64,000 nucleotides of DNA from positions 6,448,001 through 6,512,000 of the forward strand of contig NC_058368.1 in NCBI RefSeq assembly GCF_018350175.1, read 5' to 3'. Position numbers and translations under genes: made by a program. Below are positions 52,437 to 64,000 of this stretch, piece after piece (positions within the stretch are counted from its first letter, which is position 1; each line of letters starts with the position of its first letter). Source of the DNA: Felis catus (taxonomy: Eukaryota). Under the pieces are notes generated by a model that worked only from the letters and a program-made list of their open reading frames with translations, was not told where the DNA came from and did not search any database.

Positions 52437-53289
52437 CACCCATCGGACTTCTAAGCTTTTGTTCTTTTGTTTTTTTAAACTTCATGAGACAGTATTGTTT
52501 CACGCAGTGAATAGATGCGCTTTTAGATCTATCCCAATCCCTATCATTATTATTTTGGCTTATCACTTCTTTGTATATTTCAGGCCTTCCACTGGGGATC
52601 ATTTTGGTTTTTTTCCCAAAGTATGTGGCTTTAGAATTTTCTTTAGTGAGGATCTGCTAACGGGAAGGTGCTGTGTTCACCTGAAAATATCTTGACTTCA
52701 CCCTCTGTTCTAGTTGCTGAGCGCCTGTCTGTCAACCCCAGACGCCACCCCCACCCCCCAACACACACATACTCTGCTTTGTGTCCTGCAGCCGGGACTC
52801 TGCCAGCGACATTCCTGCTTCACCCAGCTGAATCCTTGTTAGGGGACTCTATTAGTCAGGGTCCGTCGGAAACAGAGACAGAAACGTCCCTGCTTATTGG
52901 AACAGGGCCATTCTCATATAGCGAGTTACTGAGTAGAACGAGACAAGGTGGTTAATTACTAACAGGAGTTAGGAGGGAGCCCAGATGTAGAAGGTGCAGA
53001 AGGACAGCTTTTCTAGGCTGAGAAAGAGAGGACACTGGAGGAACTGAGGACAGGATGGGGACCCCCTCCAAGGCTGAAGCCTCTTCAAAGAAACCTCAGA
53101 AACATGCGGGCTGCCCGTGGCAAAACACCAAACAAAGGAAACAAAAACCCGCAAGAATGTGGGCTGGCGCTGGTCTGTAGAGGGAGCCCACCATTCCTGG
53201 AGGATGTGGGCAGGCCTGTTCTAGAAGCAGCCCACTTTGGTAGAGGGCATTTCTGGGACAATGTTGGTCTGCTGAGGGGGAGAGGCAAA

Positions 53290-54180
53290 AGACCCGGAAT
53301 AGCCAGCACAATGTTGAAGAAAAAGAAAACAGAGTCGCACCGATGTCACCCAACTTCAAGACTTACAATAAAGGCACAGTAATCCAGACAGTGCAGTACT
53401 GGGGAAAGAACAGGCGAGGAGATCCACGGAACAATATAGAGATCCAAAAGAGATCCAGTCAAGTTCTCAGAGTTCTGGAAGCTGGGAAGTCTAAGGTCAA
53501 GCTACGTGTCCATATGCATTGTCTGGTGAGATCCTCCTTCTTGGTTCATAGATGGATGGTGGGTGGTCTTCTCATTGTGTCCTCACACAGCAGAAGAGGC
53601 AAGAGAGTTCTCTGGGGTCTCTTTTATAAGGGCAATAATTCCATGCAAGAGGGCCCTACCCTCATGATCCAATCACACACACCTCAACAGCCACGCCCCC
53701 GAGCTTACCATCTTGAAGAGCAGGTTTCACTTAATTTGGGGGGGACACAAACATTCAGTCAATGGCACAAATATAGTCAGTTGATCTTTGACAAAGTAGC
53801 AAAGGTAATACATTGGAACAAAGACAGTCTTCAACAAATGGTGCTAGGACAAGTGGACGATCATGTGCAAGAAAAAAAAATAAAAGAATCTAAACCCAGG
53901 CCTTACACCTTTCACAAAAATTGGTGCAAAATGGATCGCAGACCTCAATGGCAAATGGCAAAACTATAAAACTCCTAGAAAATAACACCAAAGAAACCAA
54001 GGTGACCTTGGGTTTGGTGATGACGTTTCAGTTCCAACACCAAGAACATGATCCGTGGCAAGAAAATTTGGCAGGTCGGTCAAAAACTTTTGCTCTGCGA
54101 AATCCAGTGTTCAGAGAATGAAAAGACAAGACACAGACCGGGAGGAAATATTTGCAAAATGTATACCTGATGAAGGACTT
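53290..54180 (+). mobile_element. Old L1 ORF2 fragment interrupted by an MLT1A-like LTR (~53460-53765)
   Basis: PNFKTYNKGTVIQTVQYW and QLIFDKVAK L1 ORF2 motifs flanking MLT-like sequence. Confidence 0.75.
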
Positions 54181-54706
54181 GGAAGATACCGGGGAGTCAT
54201 ATTTGCAACGTCTTAATCAAATACCTGAAAAGTTGTCTTCCACTGTGGCTGCTGGGAGCGCCTGTCCCTCGTCTGCCCTTTGCTGACTGCAGGACCCCGG
54301 GCCAGTCACTGGGGCTCTCTTTCCTCACCTGTAAGGTTTGGGGATGGTACCTACCCCACAGTGTGGCTGTAAGCATCAGGGAACCTGACTTCGGGGGGAA
54401 CAAAGAGGGGGGGTGGCTAGAAATGCTAGAAAGGCAGGCCTTTCTGAGAAGCTCATTTACAGAGAAGTTCACGGGCTTTCCACACGGTGTCAGTGGTGCC
54501 TTAGAGCGCCTGGGAAGCTTTTCTGTCTGACCGGGTTTGAAAAGACACGACGAGGTATCCCCGGGGCCCAGGGTCCCTCAGCAACCCTGTGGGTCCTCCC
54601 ACCCGCCTTGACACCTCCCTGCCCTCAAGTTACCTGGCAGGCAGCCCTGGACCCAGGCAGGTGGGCTCCACCCCAGGGCTCAGCTCCTCACAGAGCCTGC
54701 CCCCTG

Positions 54707-54708
<2 letters not shown>

Positions 54709-54758
<50 letters not shown>
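54709..54758 (+). repeat. G50 homopolymer
   Basis: 50 consecutive G. Confidence 0.95.
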
Positions 54759-54759
<1 letters not shown>

Positions 54760-54829
54760 CCAGCCCCCATTGGCCGAGCCTTCTTGCAATTAAAGAGCCC
54801 ACGCTGGGGTCAGAAGCCCATTGGGTGGG

Positions 54830-56450
54830 CTCCCTGGGTGACGGGGCCGGCTGGCCCCTGAGGTGCGCTGGCACCTGCTTGATGACCGAGTCTTAAGCAA
54901 AAACGGGGAACTGCCGGAGCCCTGGTTTGTAGCCTTTGCCCATTTCTGTGGTCTAACGAGTCTGAAGGCAGCCACCTCGCGCCATCAACGCGGGATCACC
55001 CAGGGCAGGGTGGAGACAGGCGCGCAAGGTGCCCGCTGGAGCCCGCGCGGCCCCAGGCTCCTCGTAACTGAGACGGGAGCGACCGTCCCACCTGCTCCTC
55101 AGGGCGCCCTTGAGGGTTGTGCAATGCACCTGGCACGATGTCTGCCCTGTATCAAGTGCGGAAGAGACGTTCACTGCCACTGCCCATGCGGCCGTGGCTT
55201 CTACCGTTTTCTCCTCCCCCATAGCGCCCCCTGGAGGGAGCTACTCCTCTCTCTCCCCTCCTTAAGCACTCTGCTTTCCCTCCTGTCGTGTGGCCTTGCC
55301 ATGGGTTTGCAGGGTCATCTCCCCCCCCCCCCCCAAGAGTCAGGTGCCCCTGGAGGCAGGACTGCCTGGGGTTGAGCCCCACTCTGCCACTCACCAGCTG
55401 GGTCAACTTGGACAAGGAACGTAAAACCCCCTGCCCTAGACGCCGCGAGACGGGCGTGATCACCGGTTCGTGTTGAGCAGGACCCTAGAGGGCGTCGCAA
55501 GGCTCGGTGTCTCCCGCGCTGGCGTTCCTGCTGACCACGGTGGCCTTAGGAGTCTACACCGTGGGATCAGGTGACTCCTGGAAGGAGGGAGCCGCGTCGC
55601 TGGGCGCCTCCCGTGGCTCCTGCCTCTGGGGTGGGGCTCTCTGCAGGCGGCGGGCGAGGCCCGAAGGGCGCTTCACGAGACCCGACGGCGTGCAAGGCCG
55701 CCCCGACGGCCAACGTCACGCGTTGGCGGTCCACCCCTGCAGGCTTTCTCTCCGCATCCTCTCGGGGCCCTGAGGCTGCGGCGTGGCTGCTGCGGACTCC
55801 GAAAAAACCACAAAAACGCGTCGCGAGGCAGGCCAGTGTTGGAGCTGCTGGCTTATGGGGGAGACCGAAGAAACCGAGGCCAGGGGAAGCAGAGCAGCGG
55901 TGGGGGCTGCCGTGGCCGCAGACTGGGGGTGGCAGGTGAAGGTGGGAAGTCGCCTACCTTCCTGGGCCCCGGCTGTCTGGGTGGAGGAAGCCCCGCTTTA
56001 CCCAGTGCCCTCCTCCTTCCGCAGTTTCATTGGGCTTCTCTAGTTTTGCGCCTCAAGGGGGCCGACTTTTCTCCCAGAGGTGGAGTCAAGCAGGCAAATG
56101 CTAACAGGCGGCTGATATTGGAGGTAAGCTGTGTTTCTGTAAATTAACGCAGCGGGCAGGGTAACTCTGTTGGCCTGGGAGGATTTTTTTTTTTTTTTTC
56201 CCCTGAATCAGTGGGTTTGATTCTAAACACGGCGGGTGTGCCCATCTCGGGTGAGCTGGTTCAGTAACCACACAGCTCCGTCAAAAGCAAGGCGGGCCCG
56301 GGTTCCCTTCTTTGCTGGCAAGATCTAGCCTGTGTCGCAGCGAAAATCACCCCGCGGAGGCCGCCGAGCCTCGCACTCCTGCGTCCACGAGTTCCACCGA
56401 TTTCGCAGGGCCTGCTTCTAAGGACGCGCCGACTCGCCCCTGAATGTGGT
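54830..56450. promoter_or_regulatory. CpG-rich island (densest ~55430-55930 and 56230-56440)
   Basis: Visibly high GC and CpG density in mostly non-repeat sequence; not computed. Confidence 0.6.
55222..55237 (-). promoter_or_regulatory. CTCF-like motif (CCTCCAGGGGGCGCTA on - strand)
   Basis: Near-consensus match to CCNCNAGGGGGCGC. Confidence 0.6.
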
Positions 56451-56489
56451 TTCGTCTATAGCTTTGGAGAAATGGAGACGTCAATCCCC

Positions 56490-57930
56490 ATAATGTATTT
56501 ATTTCATAACTGGAAGCTTATCCCTCCCGATTCCCTCCACCCCTGTCACACCCCCCCCACTCCCCTCCTATGTGGCAACCTCTAATCTGTCCTCTGCATC
56601 TATGAGTTTTGTTTTATCTCTTATGGTCTTTTTTTAGAGTCCGCATGTACGTGAAATCGTATGTTGTCTTTCTCTGACTTATTTCACGCAGCATGACATC
56701 TCGGAGGCCTTCCGTGTTGTTGCACGTGACAAGGTCTCATTGGGTTTGGGCTGAGTGATGTTTAGTGGCGTCGAAGATACCACATTTTCTTTATCCATTC
56801 GTCTACGGAGGGACACCTGGATTGCTTCCCCATCTTGGCTACTGTACCTAATGCTGTAATAAACATAAGGGCGCAAATATCTTTCTGAATTAGTGTTTCA
56901 TTCTCTGCGGGTAAATAGCCGGTAGTGGAATTATGGGATCGCATGGTAGTTCTATTTGTAATTTTTGGAGGAACCTCCGTACTGTCTCCATAGCGTTTGT
57001 ACCGATTTACGTTCCCACCAATAGTGCGCGAGGGTTCCCTTTTCTCCACGTCCTCACCGACACTTGTTTCCTGTGTTTTTGATTCTAGCCATTCTGACAG
57101 GTGTGAGGCGATATCTCACTGCGGTTTTGCTTTGCATCTCCCTGATAATGAGTGATGTTGGCCATCTGGTAATGTGTCAGCCATCTGTCTGTCTTCTTTG
57201 GGAAAATGTCTATTCAGGTCCTCTGCCCATTTTATTTATTAAAAAAAAATTTTTTTTTTTATTTTTGAGAGAGACAGAGACAGACAGACAGAGTGTGAGT
57301 GGGGGAGGGGCACAGAGGGGGACACAGAATCCAAAGCAGGCTCCAGGCTCCGAGCTGTCAGCACAGAGCCCAACGCGGGGCTCGAACCCACAAACCGCAA
57401 GATCATGACCTGAGCTGAAGTCAGACGCTTAACCGACTGAGCCACCCAGGCGCCCCATTCCTCTGCCCATTTTATTTTATTTATTTATTTATTTATTTAT
57501 TTTTTCAACGTTTATTTATTTTTGGGACAGAGAGAGACAGAGCATGAACGGGGAGGGGCAGAGAGAGAGGGAGACACAGAATCGGAAACAGGCTCCAGGC
57601 TCTGAGCCATCAGCCCAGAGCCCGACACGGGGCTCGAACTCCCGGACCGCGAGATCGTGACCTGGCTGAAGTCAGACGCTTAACCAACTGCGCCACCCAG
57701 GCGCCCCTCCTCTGCCCATTTTAAATTGGATTAGTTTTTTGTGGGGTTTTTTTTTTGGTATTGAATTCTCTAAGTTCTTCGTGTATTTTGATGATTAACC
57801 CCTCATTGGATATACCACTTGTGAATATCTTGTCCCATTCAGTAGGTTGCCTTTTCATTTTGTTGATGGTCTCTTTCACCGTGTAAAAGCTTTTTATTTG
57901 TGGTGTAGTCCCAATAGTTTATTTTTATTT
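56490..57930 (-). mobile_element. Carnivore/L1MA-type L1 3' part with two SINEs (57234-57456, 57474-57707, -)
   Basis: ORFs 56762..57049 and 57064..57408 are L1 3' end/SINE derived; triple TSD tcctctgcccatttt. Confidence 0.85.
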
Positions 57931-59017
57931 TCCTTACTTTTCCATTTTCTAAAGGGTGATTTTGGAGGTGCAAGTTTTTTAAAATGTATACTCTGCCCAA
58001 ATTCTCTTTTATCGTTTTTGCCTCTGTAAAACTTACAAAGACCTTCCCAAACCTGAGAGATCTAATTTTTTTCTTTTCGTTCAGAGAGAAAGTATGTGAT
58101 GGTAAGAACTCTACATTAACTGTCAGGAGACCTCCATTCTAGTCGTTGGTATGTTGTGCAATAATACATAACCAAAATATTACATCTGTTATTCGAAAAA
58201 GACCGTCAACGTCTTTAATGTTGTATTTGTTTATTTTTCCCTTTTTCACTTCCAACTTTTGCTTCATGCGTTGTGGAGTTCTTTGGTAGATGTATATACA
58301 TCCAGGAACATTATGTCTTCTTGTTGAAGTGTTCTTAAAACGCTTGTTTTCAAGTAGTGTTTTCTTTGATTTTTCTTGTTCTGAAGCCCACTTCGTCTGT
58401 GATGAAGGTAATCGCTCTAGTTCCCTTATGACTAGACTTTACGTCAATACCTTTTCCCATCCTTTTACTTTTAGCCTGTGTGTTTGTACTTACAGTACAT
58501 TTCTTCTAGAAAACACAGTTGGGTTCAATCTAGTATTTCCTGCCTTCTAATTGGAGCATTGAGTCCACTTATACTTAATGCTTAATCAAAGTGTTATTCA
58601 ATCTTCTTTTAACGTACGTGTTGCTCTAAGTTGGATTTATGTCTGCTGTCTGGCTGTTGGTTTTTATTTATCCCATCTGTCTTGCTTTTTTTTCTTTCCC
58701 TGCCTTTGAATTAGTCAAGTATTTTCAGGTATTCCATTGTATGTCCTCTGTTGGGTTTCCTGCTACGCCTCTTCGTTTTGTTTGTTTGCTTTTGCTCCTG
58801 GCCCTGGAACCTAGGGATGCCACATACATTCTTGACACATCCGTGTATTTCAAATATTACATTTTTCAGTTCTAGAATTTTCATTTGATTTCTAAAAAAA
58901 AAGGTTCCATTTTTCCTACCGACTTCTTATCTGTTCGCTCATTGTGTACCTCTTTTTCTTTACTTGTAATAGCTGTTTTAAAGTTCTCATTTGCTAACTC
59001 AAAGAAAAAGTAAACAG

Positions 59018-61604
59018 AGATCCCAATAGTTCATTGTTGCTTTTGTTTCCCTTGCCTCCCGAGACACGTCGAGTAGGAAGTTGCTGTCCAGCCGAGGTCA
59101 AAGAGCTTTTGCCTTCTTTCTCCTCTAGGATTTTGATGGTTTCCTGTCTCCCATTTAGGTCTTTCATCCATTTTGAGTTTCTTTTTGTGAACGGTGTAAG
59201 AAAGTGGTCTAGATTTATTCTTCTGCATGTTGCTGTCCAGTTCTCCCAGCACCATTTGTTAAAGAGGCTGTCTTTTTTCCACTGGATATTCTTTCCTGCT
59301 TTGGCCATACGTTTGTGGGTCCAATTATGGGTTCTGTATTTTGTTCCATTGATCTAAGTGTCTGTTTTTATGGCAGTACTGTGTTGTCTTGGTGATTACA
59401 GCTCTGTAATGTGTCTTGAAGGCCAGAATTGTGACGCCTCCAGCTTTGGTTTTCTTGTTCAGGATTGCTTTGGCTATTCGCGGTCTTTTCTGGTTCCATA
59501 CAAATTTTCGGATAGTTTGTTCTGGCTCTGTGAAGAATGCTGGTGTTATTTTGATAGGGATTGCATTGAATATGTAGATGGCTTTGGGTCGTATCCACAT
59601 TTTAACAGTATTTGTTCTTTCAGTCCGTGAGCATGGGATCTTTTTCCTTTGTGTGTGTGTGTGTCTTCTTCAATTTCTTCCATAAGCTTTCTATAGTTTT
59701 CAGTGTATGGGTTTTTCACCTCTTTGGTTAGGTTTATCCCTAGGTATGTTACGGTTTTTGATATAATTGTAAATGGGATCCATTCCATGATTTCTCTTTC
59801 TGCGGCCTCGTTATTGGTGTATAGAAATGCAAATGATTTCTGTGCATTGATTTTATATCCTGAGAGTTTACTGAATTCATGGATCAGTTCTAGCAGTTTT
59901 TTGGTGGGATCTTTGGGTTTTCCATATCGAGTATCATGTCATCTGCAAAGAGCAGAAGTTTGACTTCCTCCTTGCCAACCTGGATACCTTTTATTTCTTT
60001 GTGTTCTCTGATTGCTGAGGCTAGGACTTCCAATACTCTGTTGAATAACAGTGGTGAGAGTGGACATCTCTGTCGTGTTCCTGACCTTAGGGGGAAAGCT
60101 CTCAGTTTTTCCCCATTGAGAATATTAGCTGTGGGTCTTTTATATATGGCTTTTATGATCTTGAGGTATGATCCTTCTAGCCCTACTTTCTTGAGGGTTT
60201 CTATCAAAAAAGGATGATGTATTTTGTCAAAAGCTTTCTCTGCATCTATTGAGAGGATCGTGTGGTTGTTGTCCTTTCTTTGATTGATGTCATGTGTCAC
60301 ATTGATTGATTTGCGGATATGGAACCAGTCCTGCATCCCGGGAATAAATCCCACTTGGTCACGGTGAATAATTCTTTTAATGCATTGTTGGATCACGGTG
60401 GCTAGTATCTTGTTGAGAATTTTTGCATCCATGTTCATCAGGGAAATTGGTCTATAGTTCTCCTTTTTAGTGGGGTCTCTGTCTGGTTTTGGAATCAACG
60501 TAATCCTGGCTTCATAGAATGAGTTTTGAGACCTCAGCAAGATAAAAACTTCTGCACAGTGAAGGAGACAATCAGCAAAACTAAAAAGCAACTGACAGAA
60601 TGGGAGAAGATATTTGCAAATGACATATCAGATAAAGGGTTGGTATCCCAAATCTATAAAGAACTCAAGCTCAACACCCAAAAAACAATCCAGTGAAGAA
60701 ATGGGCAAAAGACATGAAGAGATACTTTTCCAAAGAAGACATCCAGATGGTTAACAAACACATGAAAACTGCTCACCATCACTCATTATCGAGGAAATAC
60801 AAATCAAAATCAAACCACAATGAGATACCCCTTCATACCAGTCAGAATGGCTACAATTAATAACTCAGGCAACAACAGACGTTGGTGAGGATGTGGAGGA
60901 AAAGGATCTCTTTTGCACTACTGGTGGGAATGCAAACTGGTACAGCCACTCTGGAAAACAGTATGGAGGTTCCTCAAAAAATTAAAAACAAAAGTACACT
61001 ACGACCCAACAATTGCACTGCTAGGTATTTATCCAAAAGATATAGGTGTGCTGATTCAAAGGGGCACACGCACCCCAAAGTTTATAGCAGTGCTATCGAC
61101 AATAGCCAAAGTATGGAAAGAGCCCCAACGTCCATCGCTGGATGAATGGATAAAGAAGATGTGGTATATATATATACAATGGAGTATTCCTCGGCAATCA
61201 AAAAGAATGAAATCTTGCCATTTGCAACAACGTGGATGGAACTAGAGTGCATTATGCTAAGGGAAATTAGGGAAAGAAATTATCATATGACTTCACTCAT
61301 ACGTGGAACTTAAGAGACAAAACAGATGAACATAAGGGAAGGGAAACAAAAATAATAGAAAACCAGGGAGAGGGACAAAACAGAAGAGACTCTTAAATAT
61401 GGACACAAACTAAGGGCTGCTGGAGGGGAGGTGGGTGGGGCATGGGCTAAATGGGTGAGGGGCATTAAGGAGGACACTTGTGGGGATGAGCACTGGGTGT
61501 TAGACGTAGGACATGAATCACTGAAATCTACTCCTGAAATCCGTATTGCACTAGACGCTAACTCACTTGGATGTAGATTAAAAAAAAAAAAAAAAAAAAA
61601 AAAA
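59018..61604 (+). mobile_element. Relatively young felid L1, 5'-truncated and 5'-inverted (inverted RT segment 59018-~60527; forward segment ~60528-61604 with poly-A)
   Basis: - strand ORF 59890..60591 encodes L1 RT ([15 protein letters not shown]...[13 protein letters not shown]...LFADDM); + strand ORF2 C-terminus and 3'UTR; 17-bp TSD 59001-59017 / 61659-61675. Confidence 0.95.
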
Positions 61605-62409
61605 GTTCCCCTGCGTGAGCAATGAAATCCTGAAGTCTTCATTGAAAAAAAAAGAAAGAAAGAAAAAGGAAACAGTAAGAGGAAGATGGATTTTCTGGAT
61701 CACATAATCTATTCTTATTTATCTCACATGCCTCTCTGCCAGGCTCCTGGAACGCCTGATATGGTGTAACCCTATCCTTTAAAAATGCGAGCAGAGGAGC
61801 AACCCTAGATGCTTTAGCATGCCTTCACCATAGAACGACACCCCACAACTCCTAAATACCCAACTCCCACCAGCATAAATCCTGCCTTTCGAGTTTGACA
61901 TTCTGTACAAAGACAGTGTAAATGCTCTTTTCTTACGAAGTCGGTAGAGCAGGGGCGTAGGGTAAGGCCACAGTAGAACAATCGACACAACACCAGAGTC
62001 AGCTCACCGAGGGTGGCTCACCAGAGACCCACCCGGCTGTGGACACAGCGCTCTCTACAGGAGTTCCTGGCTTGCTGCTCAAGGCTGGTAACAACTGCAC
62101 ACGGGCCTGTGGTCCTTCAAAGGGTCAGAAGAAGAGTTGCAGCCGGGGTGGAGGCCAGCCCAAAATGAAAGGACAGAGACAAGTGAGCAAGTGGCCTGGG
62201 AATCCCTTATTCCCATTCGAACACCCATGCCACACCCATTGAGTCAAGAATCAGGGGGCAGAACTTCTAAAAGCTCTGCTGGTGATTCTAATATGCAACC
62301 GGGGGTTGAGAACTCTGCCTCTTTCCCCGCCCCATCCCCAACCCCCTTGGGGCAAAACGTTCTGTGAGTACAAAGGTGATTGTAGTTTCTTTCTGGGGAG
62401 TGATACAAG

Positions 62410-62570
62410 CGGATGGTCCCCGAACTTCAGCACGCATCAGAATTACCTGGCGGGCATGTTAAAACACAGATTTCTGGGGCCCACTCCCTGCATTTCTCAC
62501 TCAGTTGGCCTGGGGCGGGGTCATAACCAACAAGTTTCCGGGTGTCACCGATGCAGCTGGTGGGGCCCAC
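62410..62570. mobile_element. MER5A-like hAT non-autonomous DNA transposon
   Basis: gcatcagaattacctgg...ttaaaacacagatttctggg...cccactccc motif. Confidence 0.65.
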
Positions 62571-62994
62571 CCTGGATGAGCCTCCGCTTTCTGCAAGGAA
62601 GCATTTCTGCCCCCAGTCACTGTATTGGTCCTCACCCCGCCAAGAGGTGAGTCCCTCCCTCTGAGGTGAGGGGCGCAAGCCCGAAACAGAGCCCCCATTT
62701 TAATGCATCTCATGGCCATTCATACAACTGGATTTCTGGTGGGGGTTGGAAAAGTGCTTGAGGAGTGGTCACAGATCACCCGGTGCACGACATTGGGAGC
62801 TCTGGGTTTTCCCTCCTCCACCCCCCCACCCCCCACCCCCACTGCCTTGGAGCACAAACCCCTGATCTCAGCCTTTGGTGGGAGGAGAGAGCAGAGGGGT
62901 TGACAGTCACAGGCTTAGGAATTCCGTTGCTTTTCATGCTGTCAGGTGGGTCACGAGCCCTTTATTTGCTCATCTCTCTGGACTTGACTTTTTA

Positions 62995-63212
62995 ACATTT
63001 TTTTAGGTTGACATTTATTTATTTATTTATTTACGGAAAGAACGAGAGAGAGAGAGAAAGCAGGGGAGGGGCAGAGAGAGAGAGAGGGAGACAGAATCCC
63101 AAGCAGGGCGGAGCCTGATGGCGGGGTTCAGACGTCACAAACCCGTGAGATCGTGACTTGAGCCAAAGCCAAGAGACAGACGCTCAACCGACTGAGCCAC
63201 CCAGGCACCCCT
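62995..63212 (-). mobile_element. CAN-SINE
   Basis: Antisense body ending gagccacccaggcacccc. Confidence 0.88.
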
Positions 63213-63589
63213 GAAAAATTTAAATATGTTTTTATTTTTACTGTGGCAAAATCACACGCCATTTGCAATCGTCATCATTTTGAAGCATTCTGTTCGGTAG
63301 CATTAAGTACATTCCCATGGTTGTGCAACCGTGACTCTTCATCTCTAGAATTTTTCATCTTCCCAAACGGAGGCTCTGTATCCATTGAAAACGAACTCCC
63401 CATTCCCCCTCCCCTCAGCCCCTGGCGGCTACATTTCTCCTTGCTGTATCTGTGAATTTGACTCCTTCAGGTACCTCATATAAGCGGACTCATACAATAT
63501 TTGTCTTCTTTGTGCCTGATTTCTTTCACTTGGCATGATGTCTTCAATTCTAAACCGGTTTTTGATCTCAGTCAGAATTATTATACCAG

Positions 63590-63745
63590 GATGGGGTCCG
63601 ACACAAAACTTTGGACTCAGAGGGTCCCAGTTTCGAGTCCTAGCTCTGCCTCCTTTGGTGATGTGATTTGGGACGATTTACTTCATATGCCTGGGCCTTA
63701 GTTTTCCCCAAACTCAATGAGGAAGTCTTATAATATCTATCTCAT
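63590..63745. mobile_element. MIR fragment
   Basis: gtttcgagtcctagctctgcc...tgtgatttggg...ccttagttttcccc MIR-core-like; similar fragments at ~12610-12750 and ~47700-47860. Confidence 0.55.
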
Positions 63746-64000
63746 AAAGTAGCCAGCAGGACTACGGGACAACAAATATAGGACATATTAGGTAGTGAGA
63801 GCGAGCTAGCTCTCCCCCCAGCCTGGAGAAACAGCTCCAAGGGGTTAGGTGACCCTCCTTGGGGTGAGGTAGGGGAGTGGCTGTAGATACACAGGGTCCC
63901 ATCCTGAGTCACGCTGCCTCCTCCTGGGCTTGTGTTTTCTGTTTCCTGCAAGGCAGAAGCCTTGTTTCTACAAAGTGAGCTTGGCCAACATCCATGTCTG

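Noticed and set aside
53343..53969. 208-aa ORF
   Set aside because: Chance read-through of an L1 ORF2 remnant and an inserted MLT1 LTR
59890..60591. 233-aa reverse-transcriptase ORF as an active or novel RT gene
   Set aside because: Fragment of L1 ORF2 in the inverted arm, fused to antisense sequence across the inversion junction, and truncated by a frameshift/stop

Overview
Eukaryotic (mammalian) genomic DNA from a felid, judged by the abundant tRNA-derived CAN-SINE/SINEC_Fc elements and carnivore-type L1. It carries the 3' part of WASF3 (WAVE3, an Arp2/3-activating WAVE-complex subunit) on the + strand. Visible coding exons, all with GT-AG boundaries: 14970-15104, 17222-17375, 21302-21419, two mutually exclusive alternatives (26389-26564 or 30234-30400), 31287-31553, 32963-33330 and 35626-35783 (stop). 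A ~3 kb 3'UTR ends near the AATAAA at 38779. The first coding exon (ATG, ~44 codons) is not in the window. The rest is intronic or intergenic and rich in repeats (about 35 SINEs, L1, L2, MIR, MaLR LTRs, MER5), with a CpG-rich island and a CTCF-like site at ~54.8-56.4 kb. Best observations: (1) the mutually exclusive exon pair, whose second exon resembles WAVE2, with candidate cis-regulation; (2) a ~580-bp tandem duplication apparently created during a SINE insertion by pairing with a resident SINE; (3) a 5'-inverted L1 with a probable 40-bp 3' transduction; (4) a tail-only retro-insertion and repeated reuse of target sites by SINEs. I found no evidence of a new protein-coding system. Comparisons to human WAVE proteins and repeat consensus sequences are from memory, not from database searches.
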